Shown here: piece by piece, positions 36,969 through 47,001 of the stretch | Layout of the letters: the number at the start of each line of letters is the position of its first letter | How positions within the stretch are numbered: position 1 is the stretch's first letter | Assembly (NCBI GenBank): GCA_963745235.1 | Contig: CAVUXE010000053.1 | Location: 192,001-256,000 of the forward strand | Direction of reading: 5' to 3' | From: an uncultured Spirochaetota bacterium | Lineage (GTDB): Bacteria > Spirochaetota > Spirochaetia > SZUA-6 > Fen-1364 | Length of the DNA stretch: 64,000 nucleotides | Made by a program: the position numbers and the translations under genes | Notes under the pieces: generated by a model | Seen by the model: the letters and a program-made list of their open reading frames with translations, nothing else | What the model was told of the DNA's origin: nothing | Databases searched by the model: none

Positions 36969-38380
36969 GGGTTGAGCCCGATGGTCACGTCGTTCCCGCC
37001 CCGCAGGATGGCAAAGCTCACCGTCCGCCGCGAAGCCTCGTTCAGAGCGCGGTAATAGTCCAACATCGTGCTCACGCTTTTTCCGTTGATGGCCTTGATG
37101 ACGTCCCCGGCCTGGATCCCCGCAATTGCCGCCGGGGCGCTCGGATCCGCGAGGTCCCCCACAATCACTCCACGGACGCCGGGTGGGATGTTCTGGTCCT
37201 GGCGCACCTCATTCGTGAGGGGGAGCGCAGTCAGCCCCGGCCACAGGTTCTTCGGCTGGGCCACCCGGTCCTGATCGTCCCGCCGGCCGATGGTGATCTT
37301 CAGAGCGAGCTGTCCTCCGTAGCGCATCACGGTGAACTCCTGCGAATCACCCGCGTGCAGGGCGCCGATGATCTGCGTAAGCTCGCTGCTGTCCCGGATG
37401 CCCCTGCCGTTCACCTTCGTGACGAAGTCTCCGGGAAGGAGCCCGCCCTTGTCTGCCGGCGATCCCCGGTAGAGATTCCACACGAAGGCTCCCTTCATGC
37501 CCTCCAGCTTCAGGTCCTTCGCGACGGCCAGAGAGGGACCGCTGTCCTGGATGTCTCCGATCTGCACGCCCAGCCATCCATATTCGACCTTGCCGGTGGA
37601 AATGAAATCATCGATGGCCTGACGCGCGTTGTTGATGGGGATTGCAAACCCGAGCCCGACGTTCCCGCCGCTGGGGGCGGCAATCCATGTATTCATTCCG
37701 ATCACCTGGCCGCGGATATTCACCAGCGCCCCGCCGGAGTTGCCCTGGTTGATCGGCGCGTCGGTCTGGATGTAGTCGGTGTATGTTGCGACATCCCCCG
37801 TGGGTGCCCTGCGGCCAAGGGCGCTCACGATTCCCATCGTGACCGACGATGTGAAGCCCAGGGGATTTCCCACGGCAAAGACGATGTCCCCCACCTCCAG
37901 GGAGTTCGAATCCCCCAGGTCCGCGAGGCTCACCGCGTCCCGCGTCTCGAATGAGACCAGCGCAACGTCTTTCCGCGGGTCCTTTCCGACAACGCGCGCT
38001 TTGAAGATGCGGCCGTCGTTCATCTTGACGCTGATGTCAGCGGCATCCTTCACCACGTGGTTGTTTGTCAGGACGTATACCATGTCCCCCGCCCGGCGGA
38101 CGATGATGCCCGACCCCAGGCCCGACTGTCGGAAAGATCTGTCTCCCCCGTTCGGCTGGGGCTGGCCAAAGAACCAGTCGAAGGGGAGCTGGAGCTGCGG
38201 CAGCTTCTGCCTGACCACCTCCGTGACGTCGATCTCGACAACCTCGGGAAGCACTCTCTGAGCGACCTGGCGGAATGCCGACTGCATGGACTGAAGAGCG
38301 TTCGGCGCCTGGGCAAAGAGGAGCCCCGGCGCGGCCAGGAGAGCTACCAGCGCGATTCGCGCCGCATATCGCATTTTCAT
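36965..38380 (-). CDS. degP: Do/DegP family serine endoprotease (paralogue of 32969-34507)
   Basis: Signal peptide, LTNNHVV, DVALV, IQTDAPINQGNSGGAL, two PDZ domains. Confidence 0.92.
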   Translation of the reverse strand: MKMRYAARIALVALLAAPGLLFAQAPNALQSMQSAFRQVAQRVLPEVVEIDVTEVVRQKLPQLQLPFDWFFGQPQPNGGDRSFRQSGLGSGIIVRRAGDMVYVLTNNHVVKDAADISVKMNDGRIFKARVVGKDPRKDVALVSFETRDAVSLADLGDSNSLEVGDIVFAVGNPLGFTSSVTMGIVSALGRRAPTGDVATYTDYIQTDAPINQGNSGGALVNIRGQVIGMNTWIAAPSGGNVGLGFAIPINNARQAIDDFISTGKVEYGWLGVQIGDIQDSGPSLAVAKDLKLEGMKGAFVWNLYRGSPADKGGLLPGDFVTKVNGRGIRDSSELTQIIGALHAGDSQEFTVMRYGGQLALKITIGRRDDQDRVAQPKNLWPGLTALPLTNEVRQDQNIPPGVRGVIVGDLADPSAPAAIAGIQAGDVIKAINGKSVSTMLDYYRALNEASRRTVSFAILRGGNDVTIGLNP

Positions 38381-38402
38381 GGAAAGAAACCTCCACACGA
38401 AA

Positions 38403-38455
38403 AGTATACCTACACGGTTCTCGCGGTGTTATCAAGTATGTTAATTTTCATTAAC
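38403..38455 (-). promoter_or_regulatory. Second degP promoter: TTAA-N6-TTAA box and -10
   Basis: + strand ttaattttcattaa 38441-38454; minus-strand TATACT 38408-38403; GGAGGT RBS. Confidence 0.6.
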
Positions 38456-38567
38456 GATCAGGCCCGCGGGCCTGTTCCGGCACGGCTCGAATTGACAGTC
38501 AGCCGGCAGGGGGATACCATTTCTGTCGGGACGGAAGCCTGTCACAGGTTTGTTCCCGGAGACTGAC

Positions 38568-40568
38568 ATGACCAAAAAACGAAATCTGGTTCTTGCGCTC
38601 GCGGGGCTGCTCGTCGCTCTGGGGTGCGGCACCCTCCTCTGGGCTGATCCCCCGGACAGAGTCGGCCGCCTCAACCTCATTACGGGAACAGTGTCCTTCC
38701 ACCCGGGGAGCCTGGAGGAGTGGACCCCCGCCTCGCTGAACTACCCCCTTACCACGGGGGACAACCTGTGGACGGATCAGGACGGAGAGGCTGAGATTCA
38801 CGTCGGCTCCACCGTCGTTCGCCTTGCGTCGAATACAGAGTTTTCCTTCCTGAACCTGGACGACCAGACGATGCAGATCCGGCTTTCCACCGGCTCGCTG
38901 AACGTCAGGCTGCGCCACCTGAACCCGGACGAGGTGGTGGAGATCGACACGCCGGACTCGAGCCTTGTGCTCTCCCGGCCCGGCAGCTACCGCGTCGACG
39001 TGCAGGAAACCGGTGACACGAGCCTCACGGTGCGCTCCGGTGAGGCCGCGGTGACGGCGGGGGACTCCTCGTTCTCCGTCGCCTCGGACCAGGCTGTCGA
39101 CATAACGGGGTTGGATTCCCCCAGCTACCAGGTGAGCGTGGCGGATCCTCCGGACGAATGGGACCAGTGGTGCGAAGCTCGCGACGCCCGGGAAGACCGC
39201 ATGGCCTCCACTCACTATGTGCCGAGGGAGATGATCGGAGTCGAGGACCTGGATGCCAACGGTACCTGGCGCGTCCTCCCGGGGTATGGCGCCGTGTGGC
39301 AGCCCACCGCTGTCGAGACGGGCTGGGCCCCCTACCGCTACGGGCACTGGGCCTGGGTGGATCCCTGGGGTTGGACCTGGATCGATGATGCCCCCTGGGG
39401 CTTTGCGCCTTTCCACTATGGACGGTGGGCGTATCTGGGAGCAGCCTGGGTGTGGGTTCCCGGAAGAATCGTCGCGCGTCCTGTCTATGCCCCGGCGCTC
39501 GTGGTGTTTGCGGGCGGCAATGGGTGGGGCTCGTCGCACGCGCCGGGCGGAGGCGTCGCATGGTTCCCCCTCGGACCGCGTGAGCCCTATGTGCCCCCGT
39601 ATACCGTGAGCAATGTCTACGTGCGGAACGTGAACATAAGCCACGTCACGGTGGTGAACGTGCAGACAATCAACGTCACCACGTACAGGTACGTAAACCG
39701 CTCGGTGCCCGGCGCCGTGGTCATGGTGCCGAACCAGACCTTCGTGCGCGCGCAGCCCGTCAACACTTCGGTGTACGTCGTGTCTCGTGACGAGGCCATG
39801 CAGGCCCCCGTCCGGGGAACCTACGCCCCCCTGGCGCCGGAGAGGGAAAGCGTGCTGGGTCGGGCCGCAATTGGTCCCGCCGCCCGACCGCCGGCCATGA
39901 TCATGTCCCGGCCCGTCGTGGTTCGCGAGGCTCCGCCGCCGGCACCGGTGCCCTTCTCGGCCCGCCAGCAGGCGCTCCAGGCGCACCCCGGCCGGCCCAT
40001 TGATCCTGAAACGCTTCAGACCATCAGGAGATCTTCCCCGGGACCGACTCAGGCCCCGGTGATCGTGAACCCCAACGCGCAGAGGCGTTACCAGGGCGGG
40101 CAGGGTCCGCAGCCGGTCCAGGGACAGCAGGGGCAGCGCATGCAGGGGCAGGTCCAGCCCGGGCCGCGCGTGCAGCAGGGCACCCAGGTGCAGCCGGGAC
40201 CTCAGCCGCAGCCGATCCAGCCGGGAGCGCGCGTGCAGCCAGTGAACCCCCAGGGACCGGGGGGGCAGCGCATGCAGCCAGGGACCCCGGGCCAGCCGGG
40301 GCAACGCGTGCCGGGGCAGGTCCAGCCGGGGCAACGCGTGCCGGGGCAGGTCCAGCCGGGGCAGCGCATGCCGGGGCAGGCCCGACCGGGTCCGCGGGTG
40401 CAGCCGGGCGTGAGGAGGGGACAGCAGGGGCAAGCCCTGCCTCCGGGAGGCGGGTCCGCGGGGAGGCCGCAGGGAGGACCGGGCCAGAACCCAGGCGCGG
40501 CGCCGTCGAATGACGATCTGAAGAAGAGGAAGAACCAGGGAGACCAGGGGCAGGCGGGCGGCAACTAG
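38568..40568 (+). CDS. Secreted FecR-like / DUF6600 (YXWGXW-like Trp-rich) protein with Q/G/P-rich tail
   Basis: Signal peptide, DPPDRVGRL, LNYPLTTGD, WAPYRYGHW, PWGFAPFHYGRW, WFPLGPRE. Confidence 0.82.
   Translation: MTKKRNLVLALAGLLVALGCGTLLWADPPDRVGRLNLITGTVSFHPGSLEEWTPASLNYPLTTGDNLWTDQDGEAEIHVGSTVVRLASNTEFSFLNLDDQTMQIRLSTGSLNVRLRHLNPDEVVEIDTPDSSLVLSRPGSYRVDVQETGDTSLTVRSGEAAVTAGDSSFSVASDQAVDITGLDSPSYQVSVADPPDEWDQWCEARDAREDRMASTHYVPREMIGVEDLDANGTWRVLPGYGAVWQPTAVETGWAPYRYGHWAWVDPWGWTWIDDAPWGFAPFHYGRWAYLGAAWVWVPGRIVARPVYAPALVVFAGGNGWGSSHAPGGGVAWFPLGPREPYVPPYTVSNVYVRNVNISHVTVVNVQTINVTTYRYVNRSVPGAVVMVPNQTFVRAQPVNTSVYVVSRDEAMQAPVRGTYAPLAPERESVLGRAAIGPAARPPAMIMSRPVVVREAPPPAPVPFSARQQALQAHPGRPIDPETLQTIRRSSPGPTQAPVIVNPNAQRRYQGGQGPQPVQGQQGQRMQGQVQPGPRVQQGTQVQPGPQPQPIQPGARVQPVNPQGPGGQRMQPGTPGQPGQRVPGQVQPGQRVPGQVQPGQRMPGQARPGPRVQPGVRRGQQGQALPPGGGSAGRPQGGPGQNPGAAPSNDDLKKRKNQGDQGQAGGN
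40291..40380 (+). repeat. In-frame 30-bp tandem repeat x3 (QPGQRVPGQV)
   Basis: ccagccggggcaacgcgtgccggggcagg repeated at a 30-bp period. Confidence 0.9.
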
Positions 40569-40601
40569 GCTTTGCGCCCGCGCGCTTCAGGAGAGGAGAC
40601 C

Positions 40602-42288
40602 GTGACCAGCAGGGGCACCGCGAAAGCGCTGTCTCCCGGGGAGATGCGCTACAAGAGCATATTCCTGCACTCGGCAGTCTCCCTGTGGGAAGAAGACATC
40701 TCCGCGCTGCGGGCCGCGTTGCGGGATCTGAAGTCCAGCGGCGTGGGTGACCTTGCCGTCTGGCTGGATTCCCACCAGGATTTTCTGGTCCTGGCCGCGC
40801 AGTTGATCCGCGTGGTGGACGTCAACCATGCAACCCTCGCGCTCTACGAGGTGACGAGCGCGGAGTCCCTGCGCGGCCCCCTTGCCGCGCGGCTCGATCT
40901 GCGGGATCAGGCGGCGCGCGCGAGCATGCGGGACAACGTCCTGGCCATCTGGGAGGGCAGACGGTACTGCGAGGCGGAGTCCAACGCGGTGACGACCACC
41001 GGGAAACGGATCGACATCGCGATCAGGATGTATATCCCGCCGGAAAGCGATCCCTACCCGTACATGCTCGTCAGCGTGCTGGACATCTCGGCGCGCGTCC
41101 AGGCGGAGGCTGCTCTCCGCAAGAGCGAAGAGCAGCTTCTGCAGGCGCGCAAGATGGAGGCAGTGGGGAGGCTTGCCGGCGGTATTGCGCATGATTTCAA
41201 CAACTTGATTACCGTGATACGGGGATACACGGAGCTGGTGGAGGAAAGCCTTCCCGAGACAGGGCCCGCGCGCGCGGACATGCGGGAGGTCAAGAGAGCC
41301 GTTGACAGGGCGGCAGACCTGACGGCGCAGCTCCTGGCTTTCAGCCGCAAGCAGATCCTCCAACCGCGGATCGTCAGCCTCAATGAGATCGTTCACCGCA
41401 TGGAGAAGATCCTTTCGCGCATGATTGGTGAGGACATCGAGCTCGCCCTGCTCCTGCAGCCGGACGCCGGAAATGTCAGGGCGGATCCAGGCCAGATGGA
41501 GCAGGTGATCATGAACCTCGCCGCGAACGCCCGGGACGCGATGCCGCGGGGCGGGACCCTCTCCTTCCAGACTTCCAATCTCGACCTTGATGCCGCGGCC
41601 GCGCGCGTTCATCCCGAGATGGCTCCGGGAGAATACGTGACTCTCACCGTCGGCGACACCGGTTCGGGAATGGATGGTCAGACCCTCGAGCGGATTTTCG
41701 AGCCATTCTTCACGACCAAGGAGCTGGGGAAGGGAACCGGCCTGGGGCTGGCAACCGTGTACGGCATCGTCAAGCAGAGCGGCGGCTACATCTACTGCAG
41801 CAGCGAGATGGGGGTTGGGACGTCGTTCCAGATCCATCTCCCGAGGGTCTTCGAGACGCGCTCCGCGGACCCGGGGAGCCGAGCCGGATGTGCGCCCGGG
41901 CAAGCGCGGCGGCAATGTCCTCCTCGTGGAAGACGAGGAGGCCCTGAGGAATTACTGCCGCGAAATCCTGGAAAGAAACGGCTACGACGTGCTGGTTGCG
42001 GCCAGCGGCGAGGCGGCCCTGGAGCTTGTCCGCTCCCCGCGCCGCGAGGTGGACCTTCTCCTGACCGATGTTGTCATGCCGCGGATGAGCGGTCCCGAGC
42101 TGGGGCGCCGCCTGCGCGTCCTGCAGCCTGATGTCAGGATCCTGTACATGTCAGGCTATGCGGAGGACCCTGTCTCCCGGCATGGGATCCTGGAGCCCGG
42201 CGCCGACCTCGTCGAGAAGCCCTTTGACGGGGCCGGCCTCCTTCGACGGGTTCGCGCGTCGCTCTCCCAGGGCGACCCTACGTCCTGA
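40602..42288 (+). CDS. Hybrid PAS histidine kinase-receiver (CckA-like); apparent frameshift at about 41855-41900
   Basis: [34 protein letters not shown]; REC domain ([24 protein letters not shown]) in the next frame. Confidence 0.85.
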
Positions 42289-43711
42289 TCTCCTCCGTCT
42301 CCCGCTCGGAAAGCCTTTCTTTCCTGGCAAGGCTCCGCAGGACCGCGCTTTCGTCGTAGAGAAGGAAGACCAGGAGGCCGGCCACGCACACCGCGACCGA
42401 AACGATTGCGCTCATGCGGATGCCGAAGGGATGCTCGACGGACATCCCCAGGGTGAGAAACCACGGGAAGAGGATGTTCGCGATCGATATCCCCAGGTTC
42501 GTCTCGAAGGAACGCACTCCGAAGAACATCCCCGCCTTGAAGTTCCCCGTCTCGATGCCGTCCGCCTCGGCGATGTCAGCGACCACGGCGTTGGGCACGA
42601 TGGTGAAGATGGCAATCGGCAGGGCGGCAAAGACCACGGTGATGTAGGCATACACGATGCCGGACAGGGGGAGCACCCCCATGAATGAGAAAAGGACAAA
42701 GAGAAAGGCGAGCAGGCCGAAGCCGATCAGGATCATTCTCTTCTTTTCCCACCGGACAGCGCCGGCGGTGATCACGGGGTAGAAGATGAACGAGAGGATG
42801 AACATCACCATCATGAGGAAGGACGTGATCTCCTTCTCGAGTCGGAGGAGTGTGACGACGTAGTACACGATTCCCATCTGGATGATGGTCTGGCAGACGT
42901 TGTAGAGAAGCTCCGAGACCAGGAACAGGCTGAAGTTCCTGTTGCGAAGGGAAGAGCCGAGCGCCTGCAGGGTGCCTTCGTTGGACACCGAGTAGGCGGC
43001 GTACCGCTTCTCGTCGATAATGATGACCGGCAAGGCCATGAGGATGAGCGAGAGAACGCCAAAGATGGCTTCCACCGCCTGGAAGGCACGGGTGGAGCTC
43101 ATGCCGGAGCGCTCGAAGATGGTCTGGAAATCGTAGACAAAGTTGCCCACCGCGAATCCCAGGGACCAGGTGATCCCGATCACGGTGCTGATGAAAAGGC
43201 GCTCCTTGGGGTTATGACCAAGCTCGCTGATCAGCGCGTTGTAAGGCGCCGTGTACATCACGAAGAAAAAGTAGAAGAGAAGGATGGTGACCGACAGCCA
43301 TGCCGTGTTCATCCAGCTTGCCGAAGGGCTCGGGTTGGACGTGAAATGCTTCAGGGGAATGAAGACGAGGACGGAGAAAAGGGCGAACGGGGCAAAGCTG
43401 ACGGCAAGGAAGAACCGGCGACGTCCCATGCGGGCCCGGGACCTGTCCGACCACGACGCCAGGAGCGGGTTGGTGACCGCGTCGAAAAAGCGCGAAGCAA
43501 AGTTGATGATCCCGATGATCGTGAATATGCCGACCAGCACTCCCTCGAAGATGAACGGAGGGAAGATCCTGTGCGCGGAGGCCGTCTCCGGCGGCATGTA
43601 GAAGTACATGACGAGGTTGCTCACTCCGTAGGAGGCAAGGGACCAGCCAAGCTGGCCCAGGGCGAATATCACGAGCTTCCAGGTCGGCAGCTTTTCCGGC
43701 GTCCCGCTCAT
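42278..43711 (-). CDS. MFS glycoside-pentoside-hexuronide (MelB-like) transporter
   Basis: About 12 TM; FDAVTNPLLASWSDRSRARMGRRR; PYNALISEL; VVADIAEAD; AGMFFG. Confidence 0.88.
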   Translation of the reverse strand: MSGTPEKLPTWKLVIFALGQLGWSLASYGVSNLVMYFYMPPETASAHRIFPPFIFEGVLVGIFTIIGIINFASRFFDAVTNPLLASWSDRSRARMGRRRFFLAVSFAPFALFSVLVFIPLKHFTSNPSPSASWMNTAWLSVTILLFYFFFVMYTAPYNALISELGHNPKERLFISTVIGITWSLGFAVGNFVYDFQTIFERSGMSSTRAFQAVEAIFGVLSLILMALPVIIIDEKRYAAYSVSNEGTLQALGSSLRNRNFSLFLVSELLYNVCQTIIQMGIVYYVVTLLRLEKEITSFLMMVMFILSFIFYPVITAGAVRWEKKRMILIGFGLLAFLFVLFSFMGVLPLSGIVYAYITVVFAALPIAIFTIVPNAVVADIAEADGIETGNFKAGMFFGVRSFETNLGISIANILFPWFLTLGMSVEHPFGIRMSAIVSVAVCVAGLLVFLLYDESAVLRSLARKERLSERETEEIRT

Positions 43712-43870
43712 GCGTTTCCTCCAACGCGGTCAGCGCAACCCCGTGAGTCCTCATGCGTCCCCACGATCCTCCCGGAGTCGCGGCAGGCATGTTGATTATC
43801 AGGTTCATTTCGATCTTAGTCTTCGCGGCCCGCGGACGCAAGCTCATGGCTTGAACGTTGAACCGACTCA

Positions 43871-43887
43871 TGCTATCAGTGTTAGTA
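43871..43887. promoter_or_regulatory. Possible LacI operator
   Basis: Imperfect dyad tgctatcagtgttagta between the divergent MFS and LacI genes. Confidence 0.35.
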
Positions 43888-43930
43888 ACTCAAAAAGCGA
43901 TGAACGAGAAGCGGGGGCAAAGTCAAAGGC

Positions 43931-44950
43931 ATGGCTGAGCGAAAGGCAACTTCCGCGGACGTTGCGATCAGGGCCGGGGTCTCGCGCACGACGGTCTCTT
44001 TTGTTCTGAATAATACACCTGGGAAGAACATTCCGGAAGGAACCCGGCGGAAGGTGCTGGAGGCGGCCCGGGAGATGGGCTTTGTTCCCAACGAAAAGGC
44101 CCGCGACGTGGCCATGATCAAGCACAACTCCATCGGCTTCTTCATCCCTCACGCCGGATACATCTCCTCGGACGCCTACATCATCCGGGTGATCGAGGGG
44201 ATGACTCCCGTGCTCAACAAGAACCGGTTCCGCCTTGTCCTGCAGCCCCTGAAGCTCCAGGAGATGGACTACCTGGCGCGCGCGCGGCAGGACAGCGTGG
44301 ACGGGATCGTGCTCATGGATACGCGTGACGATGACAAGGGCCTCGCGGAGCTGATTGCGGCCGGGTTCCCGCTTGTCGTGATCGGTACCGTCTCTCACTC
44401 CAGCGTGATCCAGATCGACATCGACAACCGTTCCGCCGCACGGAGCGCAGTGGAGTACCTGATATCGCTCGGGCACCAGGACATCGGCATGATCCTTCAT
44501 GCCCCCGTCTCGTATTACGCCTCGCGGGACCGGTTCGAGGGCTACCGCGATGCCATGGAAGGCGCACACCGCGTGGTCAGAAAGCAGTGGGTGCACAGCG
44601 CAAACCTGACAGAGGAAAGCGGATACAAAGCAATGGCGGAAATCCTGGCGGGGGAGAAGCGACCCACGGCGGTGTTCGCCGGCAACGACGTGGTCGCCTA
44701 TGGCGGCATGCAGGCCATCAAGGACGCCGGGCTCTCCATTCCGGGGGACATCTCCATTGTCGGGTTCGATGACGATCTTCCCTCACGGTACGTGAACCCT
44801 CCCCTGACTACCGTCACCAATCCCGCCCCGAGTCTCGGGGCCGAGGCGGCGCGCATGCTCATCCGGGTCCTCCGGGGTCACACGGCGGCGGAGCTCTCTC
44901 CCGCGCTGCCCATGCTCCTTGCCGTGCGGGACAGCTGCAGGCAACTGTGA
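43931..44950 (+). CDS. LacI-family transcriptional regulator
   Basis: TSADVAIRAGVSRTTVSFVLN HTH, PTAVFAGND, IPGDISIVGFDD, PPLTTV. Confidence 0.94.
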   Translation: MAERKATSADVAIRAGVSRTTVSFVLNNTPGKNIPEGTRRKVLEAAREMGFVPNEKARDVAMIKHNSIGFFIPHAGYISSDAYIIRVIEGMTPVLNKNRFRLVLQPLKLQEMDYLARARQDSVDGIVLMDTRDDDKGLAELIAAGFPLVVIGTVSHSSVIQIDIDNRSAARSAVEYLISLGHQDIGMILHAPVSYYASRDRFEGYRDAMEGAHRVVRKQWVHSANLTEESGYKAMAEILAGEKRPTAVFAGNDVVAYGGMQAIKDAGLSIPGDISIVGFDDDLPSRYVNPPLTTVTNPAPSLGAEAARMLIRVLRGHTAAELSPALPMLLAVRDSCRQL

Positions 44951-45094
44951 GCGGAGGCACACCATGATCGCAGCCGAAAAGGTGCATGTTCCGTTCGAGA
45001 GCCGCGCGGGTGTGGAGGCTTGCGGGAGGCGTTCCCGGCATGGAGCCTCGCTTCTGCCGCGGGCCGCGTGATATACTGACCTCGGAGGAACCCG

Positions 45095-45502
45095 ATGGCA
45101 TACTTCGACTGGTCGAGCGACCTCAGCGTGAACGTGAAGGAGATAGACGACGAGCATCGGAAGCTGGTCGGCATGATCAACTCCCTGAACGAGGCGATGC
45201 TCGCGCGAAAAGGGCGGGAAGCCCAGAAGACGACAATCGACGCAATGGTGGACTACGCGGCAACGCACTTCGCAACAGAGGAACGCTACATGCAGGCGTT
45301 CCGCTACCAGGGATACCAGGCGCATCGGGTCGAGCACGAAAAGTTCACCGCCAAGGCGCTGGAGCTGAAGACCAGGGCGGACCGCGCCGGTTTCATTCTC
45401 ACCCTTGAAATCGTGAGCTTCCTCAAGGCGTGGCTGCAGAACCATATTTTGGGGACCGACAAGCGCTATCAGTCCTGCTTCAACGAGCACGGGCTTCGGT
45501 GA
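45095..45502 (+). CDS. Bacteriohemerythrin
   Basis: IDDEHRKL, HFATEE, HRVEH, WLQNHI...D iron ligands. Confidence 0.93.
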   Translation: MAYFDWSSDLSVNVKEIDDEHRKLVGMINSLNEAMLARKGREAQKTTIDAMVDYAATHFATEERYMQAFRYQGYQAHRVEHEKFTAKALELKTRADRAGFILTLEIVSFLKAWLQNHILGTDKRYQSCFNEHGLR

Positions 45503-45972
45503 TGGAGACACGGAAGAACATCGCGCTCGTGGCGCATGACAACTGCAAGAAGGACCTCGTCGAATGGGTGAACTGGAACTGGAAGCTGCTGCTGGGACAC
45601 CAGCTGATCTGCACGGGGACCACCGGGCGGCTCGTGGAAGAGACGCTCGCCGGCAGGACGCGCGGTGAGGTGAAGCCCGCGTACACCATTATCAAGCTGA
45701 AATCAGGGCCCTTCGGGGGAGACCAGCAGCTGGGGGCCATGATCGTGGACGGGAAGGTCGATGTGCTCATCTTCTTCTGGGATCCCATGGAGCCGCAGCC
45801 GCATGACGTCGATGTGAAGGCGCTCCTTCGCATCTCGGTCCTGTACAACATCCCCGCGGCCTGCAACCGCTCGACGGCGGATTTCCTCATTTCCTCGCAA
45901 CTCCTGAACGAGCCTTACGCGCCTATCCGGCGGGACTACGCGGAGTACCTGACCAGGAAGATCGAGCTGTAG
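45502..45972 (+). CDS. mgsA: Methylglyoxal synthase
   Basis: IALVAHDNCK, TGTTG, SGPFGGDQQ, DPMEPQPHDVDVKALLR. Confidence 0.95.
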   Translation: METRKNIALVAHDNCKKDLVEWVNWNWKLLLGHQLICTGTTGRLVEETLAGRTRGEVKPAYTIIKLKSGPFGGDQQLGAMIVDGKVDVLIFFWDPMEPQPHDVDVKALLRISVLYNIPAACNRSTADFLISSQLLNEPYAPIRRDYAEYLTRKIEL

Positions 45973-45979
45973 GATTGCA

Positions 45980-46972
45980 ATGCCTGACGTGGAGCACCTG
46001 CACGGGCGCGAGCCCGTGACCCAGCTTCCCTACGGCGTGAGCCGCTCCTACGCCGCCCTGGCCCGAAGCGAGGATCCGGACACGGATCCGATTGCCGCGC
46101 AGTTCATTCCGCGCCCGGGTGAGCTTGTCACCCTTCCCTATGAATCCGCGGATCCCATCAGTGACGCACGCTATCTGGTCACGGAGAGGCTCGTCCACCA
46201 CTATCCCGACCGCGCGCTGCTCCTGGTGAGCGACCGGTGCGCCACCTACTGCAGGCATTGCTTCCGCCGCCACTTCACCGGCCATGGCGGCGGACAGATC
46301 ACCGCGGAGCAGCTGGAGGCGGCCTGCGCCTACCTGGCCCACACACCCTCCATTCACGAAGTGCTGTTGTCCGGCGGCGACCCCCTCATGCTGTCCGACC
46401 GGGACCTGGGCACCGTTGTTGACCGTCTCCTCCGTGTCGACCCTTCCTACGTGCTTCGCGTCTGTACGCGCATGCCGGTGGTGCATCCCGCGCGGATCAC
46501 CGAGGACCTGGCGCTGATGCTCGGGAAGCCGGGCTCCGTGTGGGCGGTCATACACGCCAACCATCCCCGGGAGCTCACGGATGAGTTTCGTCAGGCCGTC
46601 CGTCGGCTCATCACCGCCGGCGTGCCTGTCTTGAATCAGGCTGTTCTCCTTCGCGGCGTCAACGACACCACGGAGACCCTGGAGGCGTTGCTCCGCGGTC
46701 TGGTGAGGGCGGGGGTGAAGCCGTACTACCTTTTCCAGGGAGACCTGGCCGCCGGCACGGCCCATTTTCGAGTGTCCCTGGAAAAAGGCATTGCCCTGAT
46801 GAGAGAGCTCCGGGCGCGTCTGTCAGGAATTGCTCTTCCCACCTATGCCGTGGATCTTCCCGGCGGGGGAGGAAAAGTACCCGTGGAGTCCGCGCTGGTG
46901 CGCACGGAGCAGGACGCATATGTCCTGCGCGGCCCTGATGGGAAGGAATACCGGTATCCCCGGGAGACCTGA
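45980..46972 (+). CDS. KamA/EpmB-family radical SAM lysine 2,3-aminomutase
   Basis: HHYPDRALL, CATYCRHCFRR, SGGDPL, NHPRE, NQAVLLRGVND, PYYL, GGGKV. Confidence 0.88.
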   Translation: MPDVEHLHGREPVTQLPYGVSRSYAALARSEDPDTDPIAAQFIPRPGELVTLPYESADPISDARYLVTERLVHHYPDRALLLVSDRCATYCRHCFRRHFTGHGGGQITAEQLEAACAYLAHTPSIHEVLLSGGDPLMLSDRDLGTVVDRLLRVDPSYVLRVCTRMPVVHPARITEDLALMLGKPGSVWAVIHANHPRELTDEFRQAVRRLITAGVPVLNQAVLLRGVNDTTETLEALLRGLVRAGVKPYYLFQGDLAAGTAHFRVSLEKGIALMRELRARLSGIALPTYAVDLPGGGGKVPVESALVRTEQDAYVLRGPDGKEYRYPRET

Positions 46973-47001
46973 GGTCGGGCCATGATGCCGCACGGGCTGA
47001 C

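Noticed and set aside
40291-40380. 30-bp repeats as a possible CRISPR array
   Set aside because: Directly tandem with no spacers, in frame inside a CDS, and no cas genes.
38499-40433. 644-aa minus-strand ORF with LPRHALPRLD repeats
   Set aside because: Reverse complement of the DUF6600 gene and its 30-bp repeat.
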